A stretch of DNA of 64,000 nt, taken from sequence record OZ035728.1. One strand, given 5' to 3'. Origin of the DNA: Phapecoctavirus 536P1. Positions 19,697-29,213 of this stretch are shown here, piece after piece (within the stretch, counting starts at the first letter, position 1; the number at the start of each line of letters is the position of its first letter). The position numbers and the translations under genes were made by a program. The notes beneath the pieces were generated by a model, which did no database searches, was not told the DNA's origin, and saw only the letters and a program-made list of their open reading frames with translations.

Positions 19697-20260
19697 CTAA
19701 ATAGTTTTACTGTGATCATGACAGTGTAATAAATGATGTATAGACCGTTGAGGATTTGTTTGACCTAATCTGTAAATGTGAAACAGATACATTCCCCGCA
19801 TCAATCCTAACCTCTTTCCTTTTTCATGTAAAGTGCGAGAGAAAATTAAGTCGAATTGGATAGATTTTTCTTCGAAAGGAATTTCATTCCACAATGATTT
19901 TCTAAAAAGCAAAAAGAAACCTGCCAGAGGTATTCCGAAAGGAACTTCTTCAACACTCACTTTATGATGTTCTCTTGCAACCTTAGCATATTCTATATGA
20001 TTTAGAATATCTGGGTCATCGTTAATTTGGTTAGAGAAAAGCTGATAACCACTACCTAACCTGTTACAAGTTGCACCTATTACATCAAAAGGTGGGTTTG
20101 ACATAACAAGTTCTTCAAGCATAGATGGTTGATCAGGCAGAAGGAACATTGTATCGGTATCTCTTAAACACACCCAACTATCATCTGGAAGAACGGCAAT
20201 AGCTTCATTGATAGCCTTGCCGATATTTCCTGTCAGATAGGGAGTAATATAATAAATCAT
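19697..20260 (-). CDS. glycosyltransferase-like protein (GT-A-like)
   Basis: 187 aa; CLRDTDTMF DxD-like motif; SD GGAGGGGGA. Confidence 0.4.
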   Translation of the reverse strand: MIYYITPYLTGNIGKAINEAIAVLPDDSWVCLRDTDTMFLLPDQPSMLEELVMSNPPFDVIGATCNRLGSGYQLFSNQINDDPDILNHIEYAKVAREHHKVSVEEVPFGIPLAGFFLLFRKSLWNEIPFEEKSIQFDLIFSRTLHEKGKRLGLMRGMYLFHIYRLGQTNPQRSIHHLLHCHDHSKTI

Positions 20261-20277
20261 TCTCCCCCTCCGTCATA

Positions 20278-20469
20278 TTAGCTGTCGGCTACAATTCCAC
20301 GTTTAATCATTTCTTGTTGGATCTGAATGACACGATCTCGTGCTTCCATATATTCTTTAAAAGATTCTTGGAGATGGTCACGAGCTACATCTCGTAGTTT
20401 AATCAGTTTGTCGTTTGTCACTTCTTGAAGAGAGATTTCGCCAGTTTCATTGGTCCCAAGCGTTTTCAT
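20278..20469 (-). CDS. hypothetical small protein
   Basis: 63 aa ORF in operon. Confidence 0.45.
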   Translation of the reverse strand: MKTLGTNETGEISLQEVTNDKLIKLRDVARDHLQESFKEYMEARDRVIQIQQEMIKRGIVADS

Positions 20470-20677
20470 TTACAACCTCCTTAATAGCTACTGCACAGTT
20501 CTTACAGATACATTGACCTTTGTTCTTAGAAATTTCAATGTAAGGTTCATTTTCGTTTTCCCCGCGTCGTGAGTCGTATATTACCGTATTGAAGCAGACA
20601 ACGCAAATGTTTTTAATAACGACATATTTTTGCACTTTTTGTTTAGTGCGAAAATTAACTTCAATGATTTCTCCCAT
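20447..20677 (-). CDS. hypothetical small Cys-rich protein
   Basis: start at internal ATG overlapping upstream stop; contains CVVCF...CICKNC. Confidence 0.45.
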   Translation of the reverse strand: MGEIIEVNFRTKQKVQKYVVIKNICVVCFNTVIYDSRRGENENEPYIEISKNKGQCICKNCAVAIKEVVNENAWDQ

Positions 20678-20961
20678 CAGTGAATCTCCCCTAAAATGTT
20701 GTTTTGAGACATTACTGCGGAGCATTCTACAGCATCATGAGTTCTTGCAAAACGCTCCCACAACACAGCATCTACTTTAAGAACCATACAAGGATAAATA
20801 CTATCGTTGATCATATCAATACTATATTTATCTACATCTTTTTCATCTTCCATAAACAAAGTAGCGTATGCTTCCAAATGCTTACGGGTGTAGTATACGT
20901 CCTCTTCGGTAAGACCAACAACCAGGTAACTTGCTACAACAACAGTATTATCTTCTTGCAT
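20677..20961 (-). CDS. hypothetical protein
   Basis: 94 aa from internal ATG with SD AGGGGAG. Confidence 0.5.
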   Translation of the reverse strand: MQEDNTVVVASYLVVGLTEEDVYYTRKHLEAYATLFMEDEKDVDKYSIDMINDSIYPCMVLKVDAVLWERFARTHDAVECSAVMSQNNILGEIH

Positions 20962-20962
20962 T

Positions 20963-21484
20963 TTAACTCCCCTTTGGTAGATAGAAACCATGCACTTTAT
21001 CTCGGTAAACAAGACGCATATCACGTTCCCAGTGTGTCCTTATATTCCGTTTCTTGAAGTATAGAGCACCTTTAGTAACATCTAAAACAGACCGCAATTC
21101 AGGAAAATGTTTCTCTAAATAAAGTAAACGTTCCGCTATTGCTTTTGCTTCCTGCCACTTATCTTTCTCTGTCACGTTAAAAGTTTTCGCATATGAAAAT
21201 TGCCCTTTCTGGAGCAAGACTCCCCTGACTGTGTTAGGGAAGTAGGCATCATTTCTTCTGTTGATTACCACATTCCCAACGGCATTCATTCCTTTTTTAC
21301 CCAGACCGCGACCTTCTGCGTAAATTGCACAAGCTAATAGAATTTTATCATTATATTGCTTTGTACATTTGTGAACTACTTTAGCGGTTTTTACGTTTGC
21401 AGCTTCGGCTTTCGCCACAACAGGTGTAAATGTAAAAGCAGTTAAGGATAGTAACGCAACTGTTACAAAGTTTTTTATCAGCAA
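20963..21484 (-). CDS. secreted cell-wall hydrolase (SleB/Hydrolase_2-like), possible lysis enzyme
   Basis: 173 aa; N-terminal signal-like hydrophobic segment ending AKAEA; TTG start with SD AGGAGG. Confidence 0.45.
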   Translation of the reverse strand: MLIKNFVTVALLSLTAFTFTPVVAKAEAANVKTAKVVHKCTKQYNDKILLACAIYAEGRGLGKKGMNAVGNVVINRRNDAYFPNTVRGVLLQKGQFSYAKTFNVTEKDKWQEAKAIAERLLYLEKHFPELRSVLDVTKGALYFKKRNIRTHWERDMRLVYRDKVHGFYLPKGS

Positions 21485-21545
21485 ATTTTGCCTCCTTTTT
21501 AAGTTAACGAACTTCTAGTATAACACGATAGAGGCTTTATTGCAA

Positions 21546-21565
21546 GAGGGGGATTTCTCCCCCTC
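21546..21565 (-). other. GC palindrome GAGGGGGA-TTTC-TCCCCCTC between terD and hydrolase gene (no U-tract)
   Basis: perfect 8-bp arms; same core as hairpin at 2352. Confidence 0.4.
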
Positions 21566-21583
21566 AAAATCATTTGTTAATTA

Positions 21584-22186
21584 TTATGGACATTCATACC
21601 ATTCTTTTTTACCACCGAAGGCCATCACCACATCACAAATATCCAGACCAGCTTTACCTACACCATATGCTTTCAGCTTCCATTCCCCATCTTCACGAAC
21701 CAAGGAAGCCACGTGGCAGATTGTGTTGCCAGCTACTTCAGGAGCCAGGAAGTCAAAATCCAGAATTTCCACATTACGCTCGGAGTCGAAGATTTTAAGC
21801 ATACCTTCAGAAGCATGACCGAAACGTTTCAGACCTGTATCATCATCAATAGTCAGAACAAAGGCAATCTCTTGTGCATCAGGAGAGATTTTAGCCAGAG
21901 TAATATCAATCTGCTCCATGCTGCCAGTTCCATCACGAACATCGTCACCAGCGAAGGTAGAACGTTCAGGATCAAACTTGTTAGCATAGCAAACCAGATG
22001 ACGTGCAGACAGCATTTCAGGATTGCCAGCGGCATTGTGACGACAAACCAGTGCACTTACATCCAGATCCAGTTTAGAATCAGATTTCCAAGAGAACTCC
22101 AGGCGTAGTTCTTTCAGAGCCGGAGCAACTTTCTTCAGGGAAATTTTTTCGCTAGAGCCTTTTTTCAGGGAAATTTTATCAGTCAT
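21584..22186 (-). CDS. terD: TerD-family protein
   Basis: 200 aa; N-terminal ISLKKG...ISLKK repeat, DLDVSAL, GDDVRDGTG, EWKLKAYGVGKAGL blocks match E. coli TerD layout. Confidence 0.8.
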   Translation of the reverse strand: MTDKISLKKGSSEKISLKKVAPALKELRLEFSWKSDSKLDLDVSALVCRHNAAGNPEMLSARHLVCYANKFDPERSTFAGDDVRDGTGSMEQIDITLAKISPDAQEIAFVLTIDDDTGLKRFGHASEGMLKIFDSERNVEILDFDFLAPEVAGNTICHVASLVREDGEWKLKAYGVGKAGLDICDVVMAFGGKKEWYECP

Positions 22187-22201
22187 CTTTTGTCTCCTCT
22201 A

Positions 22202-22471
22202 TTATTTAAGTGTAATACCAGTTACAGTCAATTCTACTTCCAAAAGCTTAGATGTGTTTTGGATTGATACTAATTGTGCATGATGGTTTAGTTCTACAGC
22301 AGAATAATCATTTTCCCCATCATCTACTTTTAAATAAACAATGATTTCACTAAGGTCTAAACCATTTTCGTCAAATGCATTTTCATAGACGAAAGTATCT
22401 CCTACATCCAAATCTTTAATGGTAAGGCATCGTTTATTTACTTTTTGCTCATCAATTTCGAAGTTTAACAC
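22202..22471 (-). CDS. hypothetical protein, paralogue of 23493..23771
   Basis: 89 aa; GTG start with SD AGGAGG; shares DVGDTF and VTGITLK-type blocks with paralogue. Confidence 0.5.
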   Translation of the reverse strand: MLNFEIDEQKVNKRCLTIKDLDVGDTFVYENAFDENGLDLSEIIVYLKVDDGENDYSAVELNHHAQLVSIQNTSKLLEVELTVTGITLK

Positions 22472-22700
22472 TTCTTCCTCCTAATATTATCTCCGGTTTA
22501 TATATACGAAGAATTATAGCATTTTCATTTTCTTTGTCAACCCATTCTTCATAATCAGGCCATACATGAATCTCTACTCTACTTACAATATCTTCCATTC
22601 GCACAGTCCCAATGAAATACTCTTTGAGACTGCACATAATGAAAGCTTCTCTCTCGCGCCAATAATTTTCTATGACTTGAGAGGCAAGCTCGTCGATCAT
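22452..22700 (-). CDS. hypothetical protein
   Basis: 82 aa; start overlaps stop of vWA gene (ATGA). Confidence 0.45.
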   Translation of the reverse strand: MIDELASQVIENYWREREAFIMCSLKEYFIGTVRMEDIVSRVEIHVWPDYEEWVDKENENAIILRIYKPEIILGGRSVKLRN

Positions 22701-23491
22701 TTTTTAGCACCTACTTTAACAACCCACTCTCCGAACTCTTCAGATAAGAGTTTGTCATAAAGCTCTGAATCTGTCAAGTCTAAATCTTTAATGCCAATAA
22801 AACCAACATTATCATAAGCATTTGCCAGTTCTTTCAGGAAGCCAAACTTCTCATTACCAACGCCAACCATGAACCAATAAATAGGTTTATTCTTATTCTC
22901 TTCAATAAGACGACGAACAGCACTAGGATCACCATTCTCACCATCCGTCTGGAAGAATACAACACCAGGGGTAACGTCAGCACCTGGTTCAGACACAGCT
23001 ACAACCTTTTCACGCTCTACAGATACTGTTTCAGTTTTACCAAGCAGACGATTAAAGAAGCCTTTCTTTGGAGCCTCTTCTTGTACCACTTGTTTAGTGG
23101 TAATATATTTGGTAACAGTGCCAAAATACTCATCGTAGATATCTGCCATTACAGGGGCGTAATTTGTTCCACCTCCGATACGAACATTACGCATACATTT
23201 ACCAACATAGTCATCGTAAACGTCTGCTGTTGCTGGAGTAAGCTCTTGGGAACTCGTATTGAAGGCCCACATATCAATTTGTTGATTATCGTCGAACAGC
23301 ATACCAAAAGGAAGCAGTTTACCTACAAAATCACTCACTACCCCACTAGAATATAGACCATGCATACTACCAGAAATATCTAGAGCACATGCTACACGAA
23401 GAACAATCTTACCTTCATTCAGGTTCTTATTCTTTTTCAGAGAGAAAGCAAGGTTTTCTTGACGTTTTTTCAGGCTGATTTTATCGGACAT
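22697..23491 (-). CDS. von Willebrand factor A domain protein (TerY-like)
   Basis: 264 aa; MIDAS motif DISGSM; N-terminus SDKISLKK echoes TerD N-terminus; SD AGAAGGAG. Confidence 0.7.
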   Translation of the reverse strand: MSDKISLKKRQENLAFSLKKNKNLNEGKIVLRVACALDISGSMHGLYSSGVVSDFVGKLLPFGMLFDDNQQIDMWAFNTSSQELTPATADVYDDYVGKCMRNVRIGGGTNYAPVMADIYDEYFGTVTKYITTKQVVQEEAPKKGFFNRLLGKTETVSVEREKVVAVSEPGADVTPGVVFFQTDGENGDPSAVRRLIEENKNKPIYWFMVGVGNEKFGFLKELANAYDNVGFIGIKDLDLTDSELYDKLLSEEFGEWVVKVGAKK

Positions 23492-23492
23492 A

Positions 23493-23771
23493 TTATTTCT
23501 CCTTCTTAAGTGTAATGTTGGTAACTTCTAAATCTACTTCCACCACGTTTGTATCTGGTGCGATACAATGTGTATAACCTCGTTGTGCCATTCCCCCATT
23601 CATGCAGATTGCGCTATTTAGGGAACTTTTAATGAATACTAAATGAACGTAAGGGTCCAATCCTGCGTCTTGATAGGCAGCATAATACATAAATGTGTCC
23701 CCTACATCAAGATATTCAAAAGGAACAAATAAATCTTGACACTTTTCTTCTTGAATATTGAATCTAAACAC
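23493..23771 (-). CDS. hypothetical protein, paralogue of 22202..22471
   Basis: GTG start with SD GAGGAGG chosen (track ORF extends to 23837). Confidence 0.45.
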   Translation of the reverse strand: MFRFNIQEEKCQDLFVPFEYLDVGDTFMYYAAYQDAGLDPYVHLVFIKSSLNSAICMNGGMAQRGYTHCIAPDTNVVEVDLEVTNITLKKEK

Positions 23772-24327
23772 GCATACCTCCTCTACCAATTTTGAAGCCC
23801 AAATCGTAAGCTTCCTTAGTGATCTTTTGTAACTCACTTATAGGAAGTGTTACAAGAGGATCATCTTCTTCAATTTCCATCTTGTCATCTTCTGTTTCAA
23901 TGAGAGTATTATGCACTTTGTGATAAGGGTTGTCAACACGTTTAAACTTATTCTTTTCTGTGCTGAAAAAACAATCTGGATCTTCTTCACCATCACCCCA
24001 ACCTTGGTTAGGATCTCCGTCAGATTGTTCTGTAGGGATTTCACCTGTAAAGTACTCTTCCAGCACCATAGCGATACCGTCCCTTGGATTTGAGGAATGC
24101 ATCAAATCACAAACCTTACCCCAATCCATAGCCCATTCGAACCGTTCACGAACGCCATTTTCATCCTCTTTTCCAGAGAAAACACAACCATAACTATCAT
24201 AGTTGCCATACATCTCTTCAATAACAACACCGTCTTTCAAAAGAAAGAGGTAGCAAGGTGATCCGTCGAAAGAAGTAGAAAGGGCAGCTTTGCCCGATTC
24301 TTTGCACAAAAAACTAAAACAACCCAT
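23764..24327 (-). CDS. hypothetical acidic protein
   Basis: 187 aa; SD AGGAGGG. Confidence 0.55.
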   Translation of the reverse strand: MGCFSFLCKESGKAALSTSFDGSPCYLFLLKDGVVIEEMYGNYDSYGCVFSGKEDENGVRERFEWAMDWGKVCDLMHSSNPRDGIAMVLEEYFTGEIPTEQSDGDPNQGWGDGEEDPDCFFSTEKNKFKRVDNPYHKVHNTLIETEDDKMEIEEDDPLVTLPISELQKITKEAYDLGFKIGRGGMRV

Positions 24328-24530
24328 TACAAACCCTCCTTCAGATTATCAAGAGCTACAGTGGTTTCACAAAATTCTCCATAAGCTTTATGATGTTCCA
24401 GAAAAGCTTCGGGTCCACCCCAGTCATTATCTTGTGTATTCCAACCATCAATAAAAGCATCTTCAATGATTGTGATCAGTTCTTGTCGGGTTAACTGGAT
24501 AATATTAGGATCGTTATCGTAGTTAAACAT
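24327..24530 (-). CDS. hypothetical small protein
   Basis: 67 aa; SD GAGGAGG. Confidence 0.5.
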   Translation of the reverse strand: MFNYDNDPNIIQLTRQELITIIEDAFIDGWNTQDNDWGGPEAFLEHHKAYGEFCETTVALDNLKEGL

Positions 24531-24696
24531 CTTCTTCCTCCTCTAAAATATGAAACCCGTAATTACAATAGTCCTGAAAGGTTTCGTGCGCAAGATCTTC
24601 TATATCCTCTTGAGACATATCATCTTCAATTTCGATATCCACAACCTCATTGCATCCACACCAAGCAGTTTCAATATTCACTCGTAATATTTTCAT
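24526..24696 (-). CDS. hypothetical small Cys-containing protein (56 aa)
   Basis: SD GAGGAGG; start overlaps upstream stop and stop overlaps downstream start. Confidence 0.4.
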
Positions 24697-24890
24697 TACT
24701 CCTCCTCATTGAAGTCAATATCTGCAAGGAGTTGGAATTTACGGAAGTTACGACAACCTTCATAAATATAACAATCACGACAAACTGCTAGAACACTTGG
24801 GGGATATATGCCTCCCATCGGTGCGAATCGTTTTTCGTCATCATAACGGACACCAATGTCTTCATCAATTATATAGATACGGATTCTCAT
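24696..24890 (-). CDS. hypothetical small protein
   Basis: 64 aa; start overlaps stop of TelA-like gene. Confidence 0.45.
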   Translation of the reverse strand: MRIRIYIIDEDIGVRYDDEKRFAPMGGIYPPSVLAVCRDCYIYEGCRNFRKFQLLADIDFNEEE

Positions 24891-25999
24891 TTACCAAGCC
24901 CTCGTTTCACAGCAGCTACCATCCCGTCTTCCAGAGATTGAACTTCATTAATATAATCAACACGAGCAGCACGGGCTTCCGTATTGATGCGGTTAGTTTC
25001 TTCTAACATCTTAACCAAGTTTTCCTGATCGTGACGCAGAGTTTCAATATCGAGCACTTGACGGTTAGCCAGGGCTGCTGCTTCGATCTGATTCTGTGTG
25101 GCAAGATCGCTACCCAGTTTAATTGCCAGGTTAAATTCATCAAGAACGTTATTCTGCGTCTCTGCTGCTTTCATTTGACGTAAGCTCTCGATATACATTG
25201 AGAAGTTAGCAGAGTAAGCAGGAATAACATTATTTACTATGTTACGCGCAGATCGCATTAAGCTTGCAGAAACTTTTTGCATACCTTGTACACGCGGTCC
25301 CATTTGGACACACAGTAGGCGCAATGCCTTTAAATCTGCAATACGAATCTCCAGAAGATCCAAAGTGTCTCGGATCACTTGTCGCTGTTCTACTGCATCT
25401 TCTGGAAGAGCAGCCAAAGCTTGTTCTTCTTTTTCATAGGTTGCTGTTAGAAGCTGCATATCTCGGTTCAAACTTGCAGCATATTGTCCAATAGCTTGAT
25501 GTAGTTTTTCAAGATATACCAAGGAATCTTCTTCTTTGCGAATATCCGTTTGAAGGTTCTTTACCAACTCTTCAATACGGTTATTAACATTATCAAACTC
25601 CCCAAACAGGTCTTCTTTCATACCCATAACTTTTTTAATGAGTTTAGTAATACCTTTGCTTTGTTTAATAGAGTTTGGATCAAGTTGTTTTGCCTGTTTA
25701 ATCAAAGCTGTGAGTCGTTCACTCATCTGATCGCCTTGATTACTACGTTGATGTTTTAATACCTCGGCATTCAAGGAACGCAAGGTTGTTCCTGCCTCTG
25801 CCCCAATCTCTTCGATCTCTTGTCGGGTCATAGAAGGTAAAACTGGAACTTCTTGCGGTGCTGCTGGTGCATAAACAGGACTGGCATCTAACACGCTTGG
25901 AGCGAATACAGATTTACTTGCATCTGTTGTTGCAGCAAATACGCTCATTTCAGGCTTCTTCTGACCACCAGTAGCTGCTTTTAAAAATGGACTTGTCAT
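24887..25999 (-). CDS. TelA-like (toxic anion resistance family) coiled-coil protein, tentative
   Basis: 370 aa, long heptad-like helical segments; size and context beside TerD/vWA/TerC; assignment by context, not by a clear motif. Confidence 0.4.
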   Translation of the reverse strand: MTSPFLKAATGGQKKPEMSVFAATTDASKSVFAPSVLDASPVYAPAAPQEVPVLPSMTRQEIEEIGAEAGTTLRSLNAEVLKHQRSNQGDQMSERLTALIKQAKQLDPNSIKQSKGITKLIKKVMGMKEDLFGEFDNVNNRIEELVKNLQTDIRKEEDSLVYLEKLHQAIGQYAASLNRDMQLLTATYEKEEQALAALPEDAVEQRQVIRDTLDLLEIRIADLKALRLLCVQMGPRVQGMQKVSASLMRSARNIVNNVIPAYSANFSMYIESLRQMKAAETQNNVLDEFNLAIKLGSDLATQNQIEAAALANRQVLDIETLRHDQENLVKMLEETNRINTEARAARVDYINEVQSLEDGMVAAVKRGLGK

Positions 26000-26586
26000 T
26001 CTTCATTCTCCTCTTCTGCATCTCTTATATATGGTGAAACACCGTACTCTTTAGCTACTTTAACCCAATCATCCCATTTATACAACCATAATTTTCCTTC
26101 AGTTCCTTCTTTATCTGATTTCAACCACATATTAGGTTGCTTACCTGGGTACATGCGATTAGGTTTACGATTATAACCTCTAACACATCTTGTCGCAAAC
26201 CTATCTACCAGAACAAGAACATATTTATACTCGTGGTTCAACGGCTCTTTGGAAGTGGCTTTAGGATTAGCCCCTAACTCTGCTGCCAGTTTTTGCCAAT
26301 GAGCACCGTGCCTACTAAACTTACCCATACAACCATCAATAGCATGAGCAATTTCGTGCTTCATTGTATCCACGATCATATCTCTTGTAGAGTTCTTATG
26401 CAAGTGCCAATTTACAACAACAATTTTATCTCGGTAGTTGCACCAACCGAAAGAGTTATTAACTTTGTTTCTAACACAAGCTTTATATCCTGCTTCACGT
26501 AACATGTTGTAGTAAACAGGAAAATCTTCTTTTATTTCCTGCATCACTTCCCACCACAAGAGTTGCAAGTCTCTCTCGGTATACAT
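25996..26586 (-). CDS. SprT-like zinc metallopeptidase domain protein
   Basis: 196 aa; HEIAH...HGAHW (HExxH plus third His). Confidence 0.5.
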   Translation of the reverse strand: MYTERDLQLLWWEVMQEIKEDFPVYYNMLREAGYKACVRNKVNNSFGWCNYRDKIVVVNWHLHKNSTRDMIVDTMKHEIAHAIDGCMGKFSRHGAHWQKLAAELGANPKATSKEPLNHEYKYVLVLVDRFATRCVRGYNRKPNRMYPGKQPNMWLKSDKEGTEGKLWLYKWDDWVKVAKEYGVSPYIRDAEEENEE

Positions 26587-26589
26587 AAC

Positions 26590-27183
26590 TTACACCTTAA
26601 AAGTGAAATGCGTGGTCGTGGCTTCAAAATCAAGGCCAGATAAACGTGCACTGAAATCTGAAATATTTGTAATTAAAAAGCTTTTATGCATACCTAACAC
26701 AGCCACGCTTTCAATATCTTCTACTAACATTTCAATCATGTTAGAAACATGGCTGAACGTAGAGTTTTGTTTTTTGATGGTGTAGAAAGAAAGATTCCCA
26801 CCTGCTGTATAAGATACCTCTTCAAAATCTTTAATCGTATATTGTGTGCCATCAGTAAAGAAAATGGTAGCTTTATTAGTAGCACGTTTCTTGTTTTTTG
26901 GTCCTTTTTTACGTTTACTGCGAGTAGGCAAACCGTTTGGAAATACCGTAGCTACAAATTCTTCAGGAGAAACCTCCTTACCGAAATCATAACCGTAAGA
27001 AACAGCGTCTATAAACTCGTCGTCTTCATTTTTAAAATAATGAAAATAGGGCCAATTTGAGAGATTATCGAGCATCTTATGCTCATCCACAGCAGAGAAC
27101 GTATCCCTCAAAGCACGTGTGATTTGCAAAGCATTAGGCAAACTTTTAACACCTGTAATGGAAGTACGAATAGAAATTGTCAT
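26590..27183 (-). CDS. hypothetical protein
   Basis: 197 aa; SD AAGGAG. Confidence 0.55.
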   Translation of the reverse strand: MTISIRTSITGVKSLPNALQITRALRDTFSAVDEHKMLDNLSNWPYFHYFKNEDDEFIDAVSYGYDFGKEVSPEEFVATVFPNGLPTRSKRKKGPKNKKRATNKATIFFTDGTQYTIKDFEEVSYTAGGNLSFYTIKKQNSTFSHVSNMIEMLVEDIESVAVLGMHKSFLITNISDFSARLSGLDFEATTTHFTFKV

Positions 27184-27197
27184 TGTTTTTCTCCTTA

Positions 27198-27635
27198 TTA
27201 ACGTCGCTTGCTACGAGATGAACTCTTTTTACTTAAAGGGCTATTGTAAGATTTACGAGTTGTATAGCTACTATTTGTTTTAAAAGTTTGTCTCGGCTTT
27301 TCATAAGTTTTTATCTCTTGTTTAGGCTTACTATAAAAATTAGTTTTCGGTTTAGGTGTATTATAATGCTTATTAATAATCGTTCTGTTATCGTTATAAT
27401 CCCCACTGCTACGATTACTACCGCCACTCATCATATGCCCTAACAACATACCTGTAGCAAACTCACCAACACCGCTACTACTAGAACCGCCACCATTGTT
27501 GATAATAGTTGTATCTCCGTCAGATCCTTGTTGAGCGTATTGTTGAGGAGGTTGTTGGTATTGTGCAGGATTTGTTTCATCCTCGCAAGCTGTTAAAAAG
27601 ATACAACCAATTAAAATCAGGGCTAGTTTTTTCAT
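27198..27635 (-). CDS. lipoprotein with Gly/Ser-rich and basic C-terminal regions
   Basis: start at internal ATG giving MKKLALILIGCIFLTAC lipobox signal. Confidence 0.55.
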   Translation of the reverse strand: MKKLALILIGCIFLTACEDETNPAQYQQPPQQYAQQGSDGDTTIINNGGGSSSSGVGEFATGMLLGHMMSGGSNRSSGDYNDNRTIINKHYNTPKPKTNFYSKPKQEIKTYEKPRQTFKTNSSYTTRKSYNSPLSKKSSSRSKRR

Positions 27636-27818
27636 ATTTGCTTTCCTCGTTTTGGCTATTAATACATCTGTGTTTGAAATCTCCAGAGAAGCAATAAAGT
27701 TGCTCTCCATCTCGGTATAAACTCACTTTACTGCCGTTGATTACGCTTGTCAATACAAAAATTACAACAAACAACCCTATTGCAAAACAAATATTTTCAA
27801 ACACAACCAACAAGTATT

Positions 27819-28169
27819 TCATTTTAAAAATACCTCATCATCAGTTTCATTATCCCAGAAGAACAAGTCCCAACCATTCGGATCATTCCATTTAGCTGCT
27901 GGAGAAGTCCATATTTGCTCGATATCAATATTCAAAACTTCACCGTTTCGTTTTGAAACAGCTTTAGTTAATTCCCAACGGGATACAGGCTCCACTTCCC
28001 CTGAACCACTCCCACAACAAGCTACCACATTAGGAGGCAAATTAATTGGATCTTTGGTCACAATCATAACGCTTACCCCAGGGTAAACTTTTGAAAGATA
28101 ATCTGAAACGTAATCAACATCATCAGGTAAATCCCAAACAAGTTTTTGAATTTCATCAAAATTACTCAT
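27819..28169 (-). CDS. hypothetical acidic protein
   Basis: 116 aa; SD AGGAGAG. Confidence 0.55.
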   Translation of the reverse strand: MSNFDEIQKLVWDLPDDVDYVSDYLSKVYPGVSVMIVTKDPINLPPNVVACCGSGSGEVEPVSRWELTKAVSKRNGEVLNIDIEQIWTSPAAKWNDPNGWDLFFWDNETDDEVFLK

Positions 28170-28211
28170 AAGTCTCTCCTATAAAATAGCCTCCCGAAGG
28201 AGGCTCATCTA

Positions 28212-29186
28212 TTAAACAGCAGCTTCTTCTTTTTCAGGGAAGATAAAGCTTGCAATAACACCAAGAGCTAATGTGCCTAGAACAATCATCAGACTTACGT
28301 TAGGGGAAATATCATGCGGGAGGAATGACCACTTGGCATGAAGTGTTTCACCGAACGGGTGATACATAAGTTTAGCACCAACAAACACCAGAACCACAGC
28401 AACAGCTTTCTCTAAGTGAACCAGATATTTCACAGCTACACTTAACACAAAGAAAAGTGCACGTAAACCAAGAACAGCCATCAGCATTGCAGAATAAACT
28501 AGCAGAGGTTCTTGTGTCACACCAATAACAGCCGGAACTGAATCAAAAGAGAACACAATATCTGTAAGCTCAATAACAAACACACAAAGAAGAGCAGGAG
28601 TTGCATATTTAATACCATTCTTAATGGTAATGAACTTTTCACCATCCAGTGCGTTGTGCACAGGCAGAACTTTACCTACTAAACGAACAGCCCAATGTTT
28701 AGAGTAATCAATATCTTCTTCTTCGTCACCACCTTTGATAATAGCAACGGCAGACCAAGCTACAATCAGACCGAACAACACTTGGACCGACCAATGCAGG
28801 TTAAACAAAGCTGTCCCTGCTGCAACAAAAACACCTCGGAAGACAATGGCACCTGCAATACCCCAAAGTAAAATCTTATGTTGGAGATGTGTGCTCTTAA
28901 TTCCAAAGCTTGCAAAAATTGCCATGAACACCATTAGGTTATCTACAGAAAGACTCTTTTCCAACACATATCCACTTAGGAAAAGTGCGGCAAACTCTTT
29001 ACCATGCTCTACCCAAATGAATGCGTAATATCCTAAAGCTAAAGCAATCCAAAAAACAGACCAAAGCAAAGCAGATTTAATTCCAATTTCTTTATTCTCT
29101 TTATGACCAAAGAAATCGATACCAATAGACAATGCCAAAATACCAACTAAAACAACTACATCAATAATTGGGAAACCGAGTTGCAT
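28212..29186 (-). CDS. terC: TerC-family integral membrane protein
   Basis: 324 aa, multiple TM segments; duplicated TerC motifs VLEKSLSVDNLMVF and IELTDIVFSFDSVPAV. Confidence 0.8.
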   Translation of the reverse strand: MQLGFPIIDVVVLVGILALSIGIDFFGHKENKEIGIKSALLWSVFWIALALGYYAFIWVEHGKEFAALFLSGYVLEKSLSVDNLMVFMAIFASFGIKSTHLQHKILLWGIAGAIVFRGVFVAAGTALFNLHWSVQVLFGLIVAWSAVAIIKGGDEEEDIDYSKHWAVRLVGKVLPVHNALDGEKFITIKNGIKYATPALLCVFVIELTDIVFSFDSVPAVIGVTQEPLLVYSAMLMAVLGLRALFFVLSVAVKYLVHLEKAVAVVLVFVGAKLMYHPFGETLHAKWSFLPHDISPNVSLMIVLGTLALGVIASFIFPEKEEAAV

Positions 29187-29213
29187 TCTTTTCTCCTCTC
29201 TTTGCGGGGAACT

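Noticed and set aside
15198-19700. Plus-strand track ORFs opposite the primase and glycosyltransferase genes (for example 16004..16429, 19173..19700)
   Set aside because: All lie antisense to longer, motif-bearing minus-strand genes and lack SD sequences; treated as shadow ORFs. The same applies to 30086..30526, 35447..35848, 36083..36508 and 63003..63756 on the non-coding strand of their regions.
21546-21565. Intrinsic terminator call for the palindrome between terD and the hydrolase gene
   Set aside because: Perfect GC stem but no U tract on either strand; recorded only as a hairpin of unknown role.
27577-27822. 81-aa minus-strand ORF overlapping the lipoprotein gene start
   Set aside because: Overlaps the canonical lipoprotein signal sequence in another frame for about 60 nt; kept out of the feature list although a short membrane protein cannot be excluded.
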